Shown here: in pieces, positions 30,254-40,691 of the stretch
How the letters are laid out: every line of letters begins with the position of its first letter
How positions within the stretch are numbered: position 1 is the first letter of the stretch
Origin: an uncultured Nitrososphaerota archaeon
GTDB taxonomy: Archaea > Thermoproteota > Nitrososphaeria > Nitrososphaerales > Gagatemarchaeaceae
Length of the DNA stretch: 64,000 bases
Direction of reading: 5' to 3'
NCBI GenBank assembly: GCA_963718895.1
Contig: CAVRAG010000008.1
Location: 352,001-416,000 of the forward strand
Made by a program: the position numbers and the translations under genes
The notes under the pieces: model-generated
Seen by the model: only the letters and a program-made list of their open reading frames with translations
Told to the model about the DNA's origin: nothing
The model's database searches: none

Positions 30254-31342
30254 TCAGCAATCCCTACCCGTGAAGTGCGGGATTATCTCGTCCCGATAGG
30301 CTGCGATGTTCTGGTAGATCAGATCCGTGGGTGATATCAGGACGAAGCTCCTCACCCCGGCCTTCCGGTACTCCTCGAGTCTGTCTATGGCCTGGTCGGG
30401 CGTGCCGCTGACGATGACACTCCGGATGGCCTCCGGTGGGATCCTCTCGGCTACGGAGTTGATCTTGCGCCAGTCCTCCTCGCGGAACTCCGCCCTCAAG
30501 ACGTCGATGGACTCCGCCGCAAGCTTCTCGTATCCGAGCTGCCTGAGCAGGTCCCGCCTCAGGGCCATCCCAATCGAGGCTCTCTGGGCGATGCGTGATA
30601 CTTCGGCCTCGTCCTTCGTGATCGCCGTAAAGACCTCGACCGCGCGGTCGATCTCACCGGGGTCTCTCCCCATCCTCGTAGCCTCTGAAGTGATGTGGTC
30701 CGATGCCCGCCTGTAGGTCTCCGGGGTCTCGAGCCAGGGCAACCATCCATCGCCGGCCTCGGCAATGAGGGATTTCATCCTCGGGCCATAGCCGCCGATG
30801 TAGACCGGTGGACGAGGGCTCTGGACGGGGAGGAGGCCGAGCCAGGCGTTCTTCAGCGTGAAGATCTCGCCCTCGAAGTTCGCGGGCTGCTCCTTGGTGG
30901 CCGTCCAAAGCGCATTAATGACTTTGAGCGCCTCCCTGAGCCTCGTTACCGGCCTCTCCCATATGACATCGCCGAGCGGCTGGAAGTTGAAGAGCTCTCC
31001 GGCGCCGATCCCGAGCATCGCCCTGCCGTGGCTGAGCCGGTCCAGAGTGGCGATGAAGTGCGCAGTCGTGGCGGGGTGCCTCCTCACGGTATCAGTGACC
31101 GCGGGCATCATCCTGATCCGGCGGGTAGTCGCAGCGGCGGCTCCGAGAACTGCGTCGACGTCCCACGCGGCCTTCGAGAGGAAGACTTCAGACTTGGGAT
31201 GGAAGAGGTGGTCGGGGAGGGCGACGAAGTCGAAGCCCGCTTCGTCTGCGTGACGAACCCAGTCGAGAGTAGTGTCGACATCAGGATAGGAGATCCCTTG
31301 GAATCCGAAGCGGACCCGCCTGGTCCTCGATGCCAGGGCCAT
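30254..31342 (-). CDS. LLM-class flavin/F420-dependent oxidoreductase
   Basis: LPDH, ATLDRLSHGRAMLGIGAG and GDGW motifs. Confidence 0.88.
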   Translation of the reverse strand: MALASRTRRVRFGFQGISYPDVDTTLDWVRHADEAGFDFVALPDHLFHPKSEVFLSKAAWDVDAVLGAAAATTRRIRMMPAVTDTVRRHPATTAHFIATLDRLSHGRAMLGIGAGELFNFQPLGDVIWERPVTRLREALKVINALWTATKEQPANFEGEIFTLKNAWLGLLPVQSPRPPVYIGGYGPRMKSLIAEAGDGWLPWLETPETYRRASDHITSEATRMGRDPGEIDRAVEVFTAITKDEAEVSRIAQRASIGMALRRDLLRQLGYEKLAAESIDVLRAEFREEDWRKINSVAERIPPEAIRSVIVSGTPDQAIDRLEEYRKAGVRSFVLISPTDLIYQNIAAYRDEIIPHFTGRDC

Positions 31343-31356
31343 CTCACCTTCGGAGT

Positions 31357-32358
31357 CTAGGTCCCCGGCTTCGCGGCGTAGACCTCTGGGTTGGCCACGA
31401 ACTCGGGCCGCTTCCCAGAGAGGACGTCGTGGACAGCGTGGGAGATGTCTACCCTTACCCTCCGGTGCGACTCTTCGCTGTACCAGGCCAGGTGAGGAGT
31501 GATGACCACGTTTTCCAGGTCTCTGAGAGGGTCGTCTGCCGGGAGCGGCTCGACCTCGAAGACGTCAAGCCCGGCGCCCCCGATGGTGCCCGACTTCAGG
31601 GCTTCGCAGAGCGCCGCCTGGTCTATGACCGGGCCCCTGCTTGTGTTCACTATGAACGCGCTCCTCTTCATCAGGGCGAACTCCCTGGCTCCCAGCATGT
31701 GCCGGGTCTTCGGGCCGAGGGGGACGTGGACCGAGATTACGTCCGATTCCTTGAGCAAGTCCTCGACCGTGGCCATGCGCTCGACGCCAATCAGTCCAAA
31801 CTCTGCCCGCGGAACCCACGGGTCGAACGATATGACGCGGAACCCGAGCGCCTTCGCTCTCGTAGCGACCCGCCTCGCGATGTTCCCGAGCCCGAGGAGG
31901 CCGAACGTCAGCGAGGAGTTCGCGTGGATCGGCTCGACCGACTTCTTGATCTCGTGTCCAGACTTTCCCTGCCTCATCATCCGGTCTATCTTGACGACCC
32001 TCCTGGTAAGCGCGAGCGAGAGCGTGAAGGCGTGGTCTGCGACCTCCTCGAGGGCGTAGTCCGGGTCGTTTGTTACCACGACGTTTCTCTGCGTCGCCGC
32101 GCCGATGTCGACGTTGTCCAGGCCTATCCCGTACCTTGCGAGGACCCTGAGGTTCGGCATGGCGTCGATGACCCTCTTGGTCACCGGCTCGAGCGATCCG
32201 AGCAGCAAGGCGCTCGCGTCCCCGGCGAACGCAAGTAGTCCCTCCTCTGTCGTAATGTCCTTGTCTGTTACTACGACGTCTGCGATATCGCTGAGGATCT
32301 CCCGCTCTATCTCCGGGGAGAAAGAGGGCGAGGTTATCGCAACCTTGTATCGGTTCAT
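31357..32358 (-). CDS. D-isomer-specific 2-hydroxyacid dehydrogenase
   Basis: GLGNIA, VNTSRG, LDVFEVEP and TPHLAWYS motifs; start MNRYKV. Confidence 0.9.
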   Translation of the reverse strand: MNRYKVAITSPSFSPEIEREILSDIADVVVTDKDITTEEGLLAFAGDASALLLGSLEPVTKRVIDAMPNLRVLARYGIGLDNVDIGAATQRNVVVTNDPDYALEEVADHAFTLSLALTRRVVKIDRMMRQGKSGHEIKKSVEPIHANSSLTFGLLGLGNIARRVATRAKALGFRVISFDPWVPRAEFGLIGVERMATVEDLLKESDVISVHVPLGPKTRHMLGAREFALMKRSAFIVNTSRGPVIDQAALCEALKSGTIGGAGLDVFEVEPLPADDPLRDLENVVITPHLAWYSEESHRRVRVDISHAVHDVLSGKRPEFVANPEVYAAKPGT

Positions 32359-32531
32359 CTGGCGAGTGAGCCGGGTAGCGATTTTAAGTATTTGCCGGAC
32401 CACGCTTGGCCCAGACGAACGGCGAGGGTTCAACGAGCGTCCGGAAGACCAGCCGAAGAGCCCTTGAATCAGTAGAGCGGTGAAAAGTAGTTTTAGGCTG
32501 GCCAAGAACGTGAGAGCGATAGGCCGATTCC

Positions 32532-33566
32532 TTGAAAGAGCGAAGAAGGGAACGTTCGCAGCGATTGGACTTCGGGTTGGCCGCTCACACCTTCGGGTAC
32601 CTCGGTGGCTTCAACGGAGCGGGTACGAGCCGGGCCTGTCAAGAGCCCATGGACGTCTACGGGCTGATGGACCTCGCCGCCGCGAACGGGTTGGCCGGAG
32701 TCGAGGTCCCCGGTGCCGAGTATCTCTTCAAGATGAGCGAGACGGAGCTGGAGCGAGTACGCGACCTCGGGCAGGAGAACGGGTTGTATTTTGTGCTCGA
32801 CGGCGGAGTGGTGGACGTCCCTGAGGTCACGAAGCTAATCAAGACGGCCGAGACACTGGGAGCCCGAACCGTGCGCGTCACCGCCAGCAACCTCCTGAGC
32901 GGGGACAGGCGCACCCTGGCTCGACGTTGGCCGGAGTATCTCGCCGAGTTAGCGTCCAGGCTGCGATCCCTGAGCCCGCTCGCCGAAGCGTCAGGGGTCA
33001 AGATCGCAGTCGAGAACCACCAGGACCTGGCCTCCGAAGAGCTCGCTGGCCTCTGCTCTGAGGTCGACAGCGAGAGCGTTGGCGCGACGCTGGACGCCGT
33101 CAACCCGCTCGCCGTGGCCGAGGAGCCGCTCGAGTACGCGCGCAGACTTGGGACGTTCATCAAGCACGTCCACCTCAAGGACTACCGCATCTACGCCACG
33201 CCAGAGGGGTTCAGGCTGGTCAGGTGTCCCATCGGGGTCGGAGTGCTGGATGTCCCCGCAATGCTCTCTCTCCTGAGCCGGAGCGCGCCAGGGGCCACCG
33301 TCGCAATCGAGCTGGCGGCCCTGGAAGCGCGACACGTGCGATTCCTCGAAGACGACTTCTGGTCAGGATATCCTCCCCGCAGCCTTGAACGGATCCTACC
33401 GGTCCTTCGGCTCCGAGAGAAGTTCGCCAGGCCGCCAGACGAAGAATGGCGAACACCATGGGAGCTCGGCGGCGATCACGAAGCGCTGGCGGCTTACGAG
33501 ATGGGGCAGTTTCGCGAGAGCCTGGACTTCCTCCGCGGAGTGAGTGCGAAGGATCCCGCGCCGTAA
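32532..33566 (+). CDS. Xylose-isomerase-like TIM-barrel enzyme (possibly OiaC-like decarboxylase)
   Basis: AVENHQD, LDAVNPLAVAE and HVHLKDY metal motifs. Confidence 0.75.
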   Translation: MKERRRERSQRLDFGLAAHTFGYLGGFNGAGTSRACQEPMDVYGLMDLAAANGLAGVEVPGAEYLFKMSETELERVRDLGQENGLYFVLDGGVVDVPEVTKLIKTAETLGARTVRVTASNLLSGDRRTLARRWPEYLAELASRLRSLSPLAEASGVKIAVENHQDLASEELAGLCSEVDSESVGATLDAVNPLAVAEEPLEYARRLGTFIKHVHLKDYRIYATPEGFRLVRCPIGVGVLDVPAMLSLLSRSAPGATVAIELAALEARHVRFLEDDFWSGYPPRSLERILPVLRLREKFARPPDEEWRTPWELGGDHEALAAYEMGQFRESLDFLRGVSAKDPAP

Positions 33567-33682
33567 GGGGGACTGACAGTGAATAGGCCTGAGAGGCGCG
33601 ACTCGGCGGTAAGGAGGGGGAGTTGGACTCCCGAGCGATTTATCTCTCTTTCGCCCGTCCTCATCCTGTTCTCATGTTTGCG

Positions 33683-33939
33683 GGTTCTGTCAAGTCTTTG
33701 TCGGGTAGCCAAAAAGACTTGGCTTCGAGGCATCGACTCCGGGGATTACCGTCCTCGTCGGGTTCCCCTTCACCGCTTCACCTGCCCCGCCTTGTTTTCA
33801 ATGAACGGTCGAACCTCAACCGCCCATCTTGCCAATGGGTCAGACGGATTAGCTCGGGACCCGTCCTCACTGCTCGGATTCAACATGCTGAGAGCATACT
33901 TAAGCGCCCACCCTTAGCCAACGAAGACTTGACAGAGCC
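33683..33939. mobile_element. 257-bp non-autonomous IS6-like element (MITE)
   Basis: Terminal IRs GGTTCTGTCAAGTCTTTGTCGGGTA and GGCTCTGTCAAGTCTTCGTTGGCTA (reverse complement); 8-bp direct repeat TGTTTGCG at 33675-33682 and 33940-33947; no transposase. Confidence 0.85.
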
Positions 33940-33988
33940 TGTTTGCGCAATGAATTTATATACGCGGCGACCTTTGGAAGCTCAGCGC

Positions 33989-34495
33989 TTGCGTGTCGAG
34001 AGCAGGATGGGAATAACCAACGGCGTCGCGTTGGTGATAGTAATAGTCATAATCGCCTTGCCCGTGTCGGCCTACTACTTCTACTTCAACAGGCCGATAA
34101 CAACCGCGCCGTCCCAGCAGACATCGTCGACCTCGAGCACGACTTCTCAGGTGATCTTGTCCGGCGCCGCGCCGGGCTTTGTCACGGGTGGAGTGACCTG
34201 CGGATTCGGACTCACCTACGGCTCTCCGGGGGGCGAGGGATGTTTCGTCTACATGAATAACAGCGGAAACTCGACGCTGACCGCCGCAGGGACCTGCAAT
34301 CTGACCTACGGAGGGACCACCTATCCGGGGACCTTCTCCTACGCCGACCCGCTCGCTCCAAACCAGTCCACGGGCAAAGTGACCTGCGGCTCATCGCAGG
34401 AAGGGCCACCCGCGGGGGCAGGCACCCTGGTTACCGGCCAGGTCTTCCTAACCAACGGCCAGTACGCTGCATACAACGGCACCGCCGTGTCCTAG
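33989..34495 (+). CDS. Pilin-like surface protein with probable class III signal peptide
   Basis: TTTATATA at about 33955 then TTG start; SRMG-ITNGVALVIVIVII; S/T linker; Cys-containing beta domain. Confidence 0.6.
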   Translation: MRVESRMGITNGVALVIVIVIIALPVSAYYFYFNRPITTAPSQQTSSTSSTTSQVILSGAAPGFVTGGVTCGFGLTYGSPGGEGCFVYMNNSGNSTLTAAGTCNLTYGGTTYPGTFSYADPLAPNQSTGKVTCGSSQEGPPAGAGTLVTGQVFLTNGQYAAYNGTAVS

Positions 34496-34731
34496 GGCCA
34501 GAGCCCCCATCGTCCCCTCTCTTCAAAGAGACACTGACGCCTTCGGCGAAGGAACCAGTCTACCCGTGAGAATCCGCTTGACCTGCGGCCCCTGCGTACA
34601 GTATCCAGCCTTCGGCCTCACTTGCGGAGGCGGGCTAGGCTCATCCTCCGTACCCGGTCCTCGGCTCGCAGGCTCACCTCGCCGCCTTGACGCCAGTGAA
34701 GCTTCGTCATCGGCCGGTCGACAGGCCTGCT

Positions 34732-35592
34732 CTAGCCCTTGATGGCGCCTATGAACTGGGCCTTCAGTATGTATCTCTGGAAGATGATGTAGAAGACGAG
34801 CATGGGAAGCGAGACGAGGATGATCCCAGCGAAGATGTTATTCCAGGATATGTAGTAAGCACCCTGGAAGAGCAGCAGACCAGGCTGGGCCGTCTCCACC
34901 GAGCTCTTGGTCAGGATGATAAGGGTGTAGAGCAGCTCGTTCCAGAGCGCAGGGAAATTGACGATCAGGATGATCACTACGACGATCGACGACATTGGGA
35001 GCACGATTCTCCTGAAGATCCCGAGTTCGCCGAGCCCGTCTATTCGCCCTGCCTCCTCGAGGTCCTTGGGGAATGACCTGAAGAACGCGCGCGAGAGGAC
35101 GATGGAGAACGGTATGTTGAAGGCGATGTAGGGCAGTATCAACCCCACCCAGTTGTTGAGGAGGCCGATGTCCCTTATCAGGAACACCTCAGGGATGAGC
35201 AGTGCGGCTGGAGGTATGGCAATCATGGCGAGCATGAGATAGAAGATGGCGGTGTTGAGTCTGCTCTTCTTTGAGATCGCATAGCCGGCGGGGATGGATA
35301 TCAGGAGGATGGCCGCCAGTGATACAAAAACGACTATCGAGGAATGGATGAGGAACGATCCGAGAGGGACGTGAAGCTCCCCGCCTCCCGTGAGGTCGGT
35401 ATAGTACGCCGTGAAGTCCAGGGAGGTGGGCACCCCGAACGGGTTCTGGTTGAGTTCCGCAGTGGTCCGGAACGAACCGAAGATGGCCCACAGGAGAACG
35501 TAGAGCTCGGTCGCCCCCCAGAGACCGACGAAGATGTACATCGGCAGCCTGGCGGCGTTGAACGTCTTGCGACCTGCTTGAGTTTGGCTCAT
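34732..35592 (-). CDS. Carbohydrate ABC transporter permease (MalG-like)
   Basis: EEAGRIDG EAA loop. Confidence 0.92.
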   Translation of the reverse strand: MSQTQAGRKTFNAARLPMYIFVGLWGATELYVLLWAIFGSFRTTAELNQNPFGVPTSLDFTAYYTDLTGGGELHVPLGSFLIHSSIVVFVSLAAILLISIPAGYAISKKSRLNTAIFYLMLAMIAIPPAALLIPEVFLIRDIGLLNNWVGLILPYIAFNIPFSIVLSRAFFRSFPKDLEEAGRIDGLGELGIFRRIVLPMSSIVVVIILIVNFPALWNELLYTLIILTKSSVETAQPGLLLFQGAYYISWNNIFAGIILVSLPMLVFYIIFQRYILKAQFIGAIKG

Positions 35593-35596
35593 CGTC

Positions 35597-36511
35597 TCAC
35601 TTCTCGAAGGTCCGGAAGAATATCACCGCGACCGGGAAGATGACTATGAATATCAGGATGGCAATTGCCGAGGCGTAACCTATCCTCAGGTCGGAGTAGG
35701 CGGCTTGGAACATATAGCTCACGAGGACGGTCGAGACGTGCCCCGGCCCTCCCTTGGTCATCGTGTAGATCTGGCTGAAAGGCTGGGAGTTCCAGATGTA
35801 GGTCAGAGCCAGCATGGTGATTATCACCGGTCGGATCATGGGTACCTTGATCCGCCAGAAAATCTGCCATTGGTTTGCCCCATCTATCACAGCCGCCTCG
35901 TACAGGGACGGGTTTATGCTCGCGAAAGCCGCGATGAAGATCAGCATCGGGAACGCGGCGTACTGCCAGATGCTCGACCCGAGCACCGAGTAGAGAGTGA
36001 GGTGGGGATCTCCCAGGAAGTCGGTCGTGCTCAGGGCCTTGAGCCCTAGGTCCTTGAAGAAAGCATCCAGGAGGCCTATCTCTGGGCTGTAGAGGGCCAG
36101 GAAGAGATAGCTGACCGCGACGGTCGGAAGCAGCACGGAGATGTACAGAACTATTCTGAAGAACGTGCTCAGCTTGCGACCCATTATGTCTATGGACCCG
36201 GCGAGCATGAGCCCAAGGAAGTTGTTCACGACGAGGAATATCACGACCCAGATGATGTTGTTCTCAAGGGCGATGGTCAGGACCGGATCCGCAAACAACG
36301 TCTGGAAGTTAGTGAGACCGATCCAGACCGGCGATATGAAGCCGCTGTACCGGGTGAAACTGAGATAGATTACCTGTGAGAGGGGATAGATGATAAAAAT
36401 AAAGGCGAAGAAGAGCGGAGGAATCAGGAAGAGCATCGTGGTCTTGAACTTGAAGGGCTCAGACAGCCATCTCCTGAGTCCCGCGATTCTAGATCCTTTC
36501 TCCTCGTTCAC
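35597..36511 (-). CDS. Carbohydrate ABC transporter permease (MalF-like)
   Basis: LYEAAVIDGA and MTKGGPG motifs. Confidence 0.92.
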   Translation of the reverse strand: MNEEKGSRIAGLRRWLSEPFKFKTTMLFLIPPLFFAFIFIIYPLSQVIYLSFTRYSGFISPVWIGLTNFQTLFADPVLTIALENNIIWVVIFLVVNNFLGLMLAGSIDIMGRKLSTFFRIVLYISVLLPTVAVSYLFLALYSPEIGLLDAFFKDLGLKALSTTDFLGDPHLTLYSVLGSSIWQYAAFPMLIFIAAFASINPSLYEAAVIDGANQWQIFWRIKVPMIRPVIITMLALTYIWNSQPFSQIYTMTKGGPGHVSTVLVSYMFQAAYSDLRIGYASAIAILIFIVIFPVAVIFFRTFEK

Positions 36512-36626
36512 TCCACACTAGTCTCCGTTTTCGCTCTCTCTTTTGAAATGTGGGGCGAGTTCAATCCCTCACGAGACCGAGATTGGCCCACGTGGGGATT
36601 GACTCGAGACCACAATTCTTCTGACT

Positions 36627-38226
36627 TTAGGCCGAGGTCGAAGTGTTGGATGGCCCTTGCGAGTTGAGCTGGACTGCGAGGCTCTCGACTTGCTGAGCCG
36701 CGGCCGAAGGCGTCAGCGCACCCGAGAGGACACCGCCGATTGCGGACTCGATTGGGTTGTGAAGCGCCGTGTCGACGGCTGCTGCGAGGGATGGAACGCC
36801 CGTCAGACTGGCGTTGAGCTGCAGGGACTTTTGGAGGTATGTGTCCGTCGTGATGGATGGTCCCAGCGGGATGATCGGATAGTCGCCGCCTGTGCACTTT
36901 GCGACCCCACCTGAGCCGTTGGGGACACCGTTGAAGTTTGCAATCTGGGCGAGTGGAGTAAGCATGGAGTTGAGGTAGTCAGCGGCGAGCGCTGGACTCT
37001 TGGTGTTGTGGAGGACGAAGTACGGAAGAGGGAAGCCGACCACGTAAAGCGGGTTGGGTGGTGATGTCGTTGTGTTGGCGAAGCCGGGCGTGAAGAGAGG
37101 CAGAGGCGCGAAGTCATAGATGAACGACTTGTTCACAATGCCCTCTAGGACTCCAGCACCCCAAGAACCAATCGCGTACATTCCGGCCTTGCCCGTGGAG
37201 AAGAGCCCCTGGGCCGTGCCGTCCGACATCGTCGTGGTGCCCGGAGCGAGAAGCTTCGTTCCCACTGTAGCGAGGTAGTTCCAGATGTCCATGACGGGCT
37301 GGTCTGTGAACTTCATCTTCCTGACTTGCGAACGAGGAGGCGTAGAGACCAGAGCCGTAGTCCGTCGAGAACTGGGTGTACTGTGCGATGGTGACGTGGT
37401 TCATCAGCCAGTCAGAGAAGGTGTTCATGAACCATTCTGGCTGGGTCTGATAGCCGTGCGCAATCGGGTAGATTCCCGCTGCGGTCAGGGCTGTCCCCGC
37501 TGCCATGAGGCTGTTCATGTCAGTGGGCGGGGCGATGTTCATCTTGGTGAAGAGGTCCTTGTTGTAGTACAGGTTCCCGTAGTAGATGGAACCCTCCGTG
37601 AACCAGTACCAGTGGTTGTTCACGTATCCATAGGCTGAGAACGTGCCCAGGGTCTCGTTCGCCCAGCCGTACTGCTGGACGTACTGGTCGAGCTGCAGAG
37701 CGTAACCAGGGGTCACAATCTGTGCGTTGAATGCAGGTAGGGTGGAGTTGTAGACGATGTCCGGTGGAGGACCAGACTGGACCGCCGTGATCGAGTAAGC
37801 GTTCATGTTGCATTCGGGGATCGGTTGGGTCTTGACGTTCGCACCTGGGTGGCTGGCATTGTAGAGTCCGGCCACGTAACCCGCCCAAGCGTCTCCACCG
37901 CCGGCCAGCGTCTGGACCGTGATGCTCCCAGTATATGCCCCGCCAGTGCCTACGGTCGATGTGACCGTGTTAGTCACTGTCTGGGTCGACCCGCCACTCC
38001 CGCCGACAGTCGTCGTGGTCGTGCACGTGACCGTGGTCGTGCCGCCGGAGCCGTGCGCGACGTAGCCAGCTGCTCCGCCGATGACAAGGCCCGCCACGGC
38101 CGCGCCTACTGCGGCGCCGGTGCCGACGGCCGTTCGCCTTGAGATTTTCGCATCCAATAAGCCCTTTTTGTTTTCACCCGTATTTCCTTGCTTCGTCGAG
38201 GTTGACTTCTTTCTGGAATCAGCCAA
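36627..38226 (-). CDS. Carbohydrate ABC substrate-binding protein with Tat-like signal (frameshift near 37320)
   Basis: ISRRTAV plus hydrophobic helix, Thr-rich linker, PPDI, YYNKDLF and FSTGKAGM motifs. Confidence 0.85.
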
Positions 38227-38442
38227 GGGGTTTTATAACATATGTATAATATTTAAGTTTTTAGCTAATCGATGGGAATTAGCACAAGGGCATTAATTAG
38301 TCCGCCGATTCATCAACAAAATTATCAGAGCATCAAACTTTTCGCAGAAAGGGTCACAACAACCCCTCGTACTCGCGAGGGTCTGCCAACCCAACAGCGG
38401 CATACGTTGCTCGGCCCCTGGGCCCGCGGGAGTTACGACCGC

Positions 38443-39204
38443 CTAGGTTCTGGCGCGCTTGGCGGCCTTTCTGGCTTCGTCGAGCGCCTGCTGTCCGCCG
38501 TTCTTGAGGAAGCTGAGGTCCGCCTGCACGTTTAGCCAGTTGAAGCCCTGCTTCACCCGCCTCTCGACGTCGTCGACCGCAAGGAATCCGGCAGCCACGT
38601 TGTGCTTCTTTGCCGCGGCGGCGACCTTGTCGAGGGCAGCGTTGAACTTCGGGTTGTCATACTGCATCAGCATTCCCAGCGACAACGAGAGGTCGGCAGG
38701 CCCTATCACCGCGGCGTCGATGCCCTTGACAGAGAGGATCTCGTCAAGGTTGTCAATGGCCTTCTTGGTTTCTATCTGGACTCCCAGGATGATCTCGTCC
38801 TGAGCAGTCTTCATGTAGTCTGGGTCCACGAGGGAGGCCCTCCTCGGCCCGAACCCTCTGAGACCGACAGGGGGATACTTGATGGCCTGGACCGCACGCT
38901 CAGCCTCTTCCTTGGTGTTCACCCATGGGACGATGATGCCGTAGGCGCCGATGTCCAGTACCCTCTTGATCAGCACTATGTCGTTCCAGGCCACGCGGAC
39001 TATCGGGACCGTGCTTGAGAACCTCATGGCCTGCATGAGCATCTGGACGGTCCCGACCTCCAGGGGCGCGTGCTCTGTGTCGATGAGCATCCAGTCGTAG
39101 CCGAGCTGGCCGAGAGTTTCGGCGATGTCGGGATGACCTATTGAAATCGTCGTTCCTATCGATACATCGCCCTTCTTGATCTTGGCCTTTACGAGATTCT
39201 TCAA
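38443..39204 (-). CDS. HpcH/HpaI class II aldolase
   Basis: IDTEHAP, QIET and IGPADLS motifs. Confidence 0.92.
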   Translation of the reverse strand: MKNLVKAKIKKGDVSIGTTISIGHPDIAETLGQLGYDWMLIDTEHAPLEVGTVQMLMQAMRFSSTVPIVRVAWNDIVLIKRVLDIGAYGIIVPWVNTKEEAERAVQAIKYPPVGLRGFGPRRASLVDPDYMKTAQDEIILGVQIETKKAIDNLDEILSVKGIDAAVIGPADLSLSLGMLMQYDNPKFNAALDKVAAAAKKHNVAAGFLAVDDVERRVKQGFNWLNVQADLSFLKNGGQQALDEARKAAKRART

Positions 39205-39251
39205 GTAGGGAGGGCCTTCCCTGCGAACACGAGATAAGCGTTTCCGGCGCG

Positions 39252-40508
39252 CTACAGTTCGAAGTCCGGCCAGTACTTCGTCATGACCTTCTCGTCGAGC
39301 TCGACCCCGAGACCCGGCTCCTCCGTCAGCTTGATGAAGCCCCGGTCAATCGGGGACTTCTTGGACTTAATCATCTCGTACCAGAAGGCGAAACCGTGCG
39401 AATGGAATTCGAGCGCGCCGAAGGTGTTAGAGATCGAGGCGGCGTGGGCCGATGCGACGGTTCCTATGGGGGTGGTGACGTTGTGCGGGGAGACCTCGAT
39501 GTCATACATCGAGGCGAGCTCGGCGATCCTTCTCGCCTCCGTGATCCCTCCCGTCTTGCAAATGTCGGGGGTCCAGATCCTGACGCCTGTGTTCAGCAGG
39601 TCCTTGAATTCGTAGACGGTGTAGAGGTTCTCTCCGGTCGCGATCGGTATCGGGCAGAGGGAAGTCAGCATACCGAGCTCGTCAAGGTTCCCGACAGACC
39701 TCGTGGCTGGGGTCAGGTCCTCGACCCAGTGGAGTCTGAACGGTTCGAGGCCCTTGCATATCCTGAGGGAGGAGTTCAGGTCGTATCTCCAGTGAAGGTC
39801 TACCATCAGCTCGACTTCGTCGCCGATAGTGCTCCGGACGGCGGCGACTATCTCTGCCATGTAGTCGGCCTCCTTGAGCGTGACCTGGCCGCTCCTCTTG
39901 TTGAAGGGTTCTGTGTACGGGGTCGGGATGTCGAGGTCGAACTTTATCCTCTGGTACCCTTCGTTCACAGCGCGCTTCGCGGCGCGCGAGTAGGCCTCTG
40001 GGGTGAAGAGCTCGCCGAACTCCTCCCTCGCGAGCCTTCCCATAACGGGGTGGTCGGAGATGGCGGACTCTCCCGGGACGGCCCTCTTTCCCGTCGAATC
40101 GAGCTTGACGGGGGTGAGCAGGGCGTTAGTCGCGCCGAACTCCTCTCCGGCATGAAGGTCGACGTAGACCTTGATCTCGTCCCTGTCACCGCCCAGGAGG
40201 CGCCAGACGGGGAGGTTGACGTGCTTTCCTATCAGGTCGTAGAGGGCGATGTTCGTCGCCGAGATGACGGGATAGAAGGTCGAGCCTGCGAAGAGAGAGG
40301 CGTGCCTGAGTTTCTCCTCGATCCCGTTCAGCTTCATGGCGTCCTCTCCCACGAGCAGCCTCCGCAGGGTCGGTTCGGACGCCTTGAGGCCGGGAGCGGC
40401 GGTCGCCTCTCCAGTGCCGTGGTGCTTTCCCGCATAGACCCTGACGAAGGTCCATTCGGTGGTGGACTGTATAGTCTCGACCTGGACGTCCTTGATCGTA
40501 AGAGACAA
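39252..40508 (-). CDS. Mandelate racemase-family sugar-acid dehydratase
   Basis: KFD, VDLHWRY, WVED, TGEN and SPHN motifs; resembles gluconate/galactonate dehydratases. Confidence 0.85.
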   Translation of the reverse strand: MSLTIKDVQVETIQSTTEWTFVRVYAGKHHGTGEATAAPGLKASEPTLRRLLVGEDAMKLNGIEEKLRHASLFAGSTFYPVISATNIALYDLIGKHVNLPVWRLLGGDRDEIKVYVDLHAGEEFGATNALLTPVKLDSTGKRAVPGESAISDHPVMGRLAREEFGELFTPEAYSRAAKRAVNEGYQRIKFDLDIPTPYTEPFNKRSGQVTLKEADYMAEIVAAVRSTIGDEVELMVDLHWRYDLNSSLRICKGLEPFRLHWVEDLTPATRSVGNLDELGMLTSLCPIPIATGENLYTVYEFKDLLNTGVRIWTPDICKTGGITEARRIAELASMYDIEVSPHNVTTPIGTVASAHAASISNTFGALEFHSHGFAFWYEMIKSKKSPIDRGFIKLTEEPGLGVELDEKVMTKYWPDFEL

Positions 40509-40691
40509 TCGGCAGTGGAGAGCCCGCGTCCGCTTAAAAATATGGCTTCGTCACGAGAAGACCGGGACCACGTCGATGTGAGCCGGAGCGAGGTCGTACG
40601 CAAACGCGACGACTCCGGATCCGGTCCAGGCCGCCCCTCAGAGGTCGAACTCTCAAAATTTCTATATAGTGACCGCGGAAATCGAAGCGTC

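Noticed and set aside
33623-33988. Long N-terminal extension of the pilin-like ORF
   Set aside because: It reads through the MITE; a TATA box and signal peptide indicate a start at 33989.
39396-40691. 782-aa ORF as a novel fusion
   Set aside because: The N-terminal part is antisense shadow of the dehydratase gene; the real gene starts near 40692.
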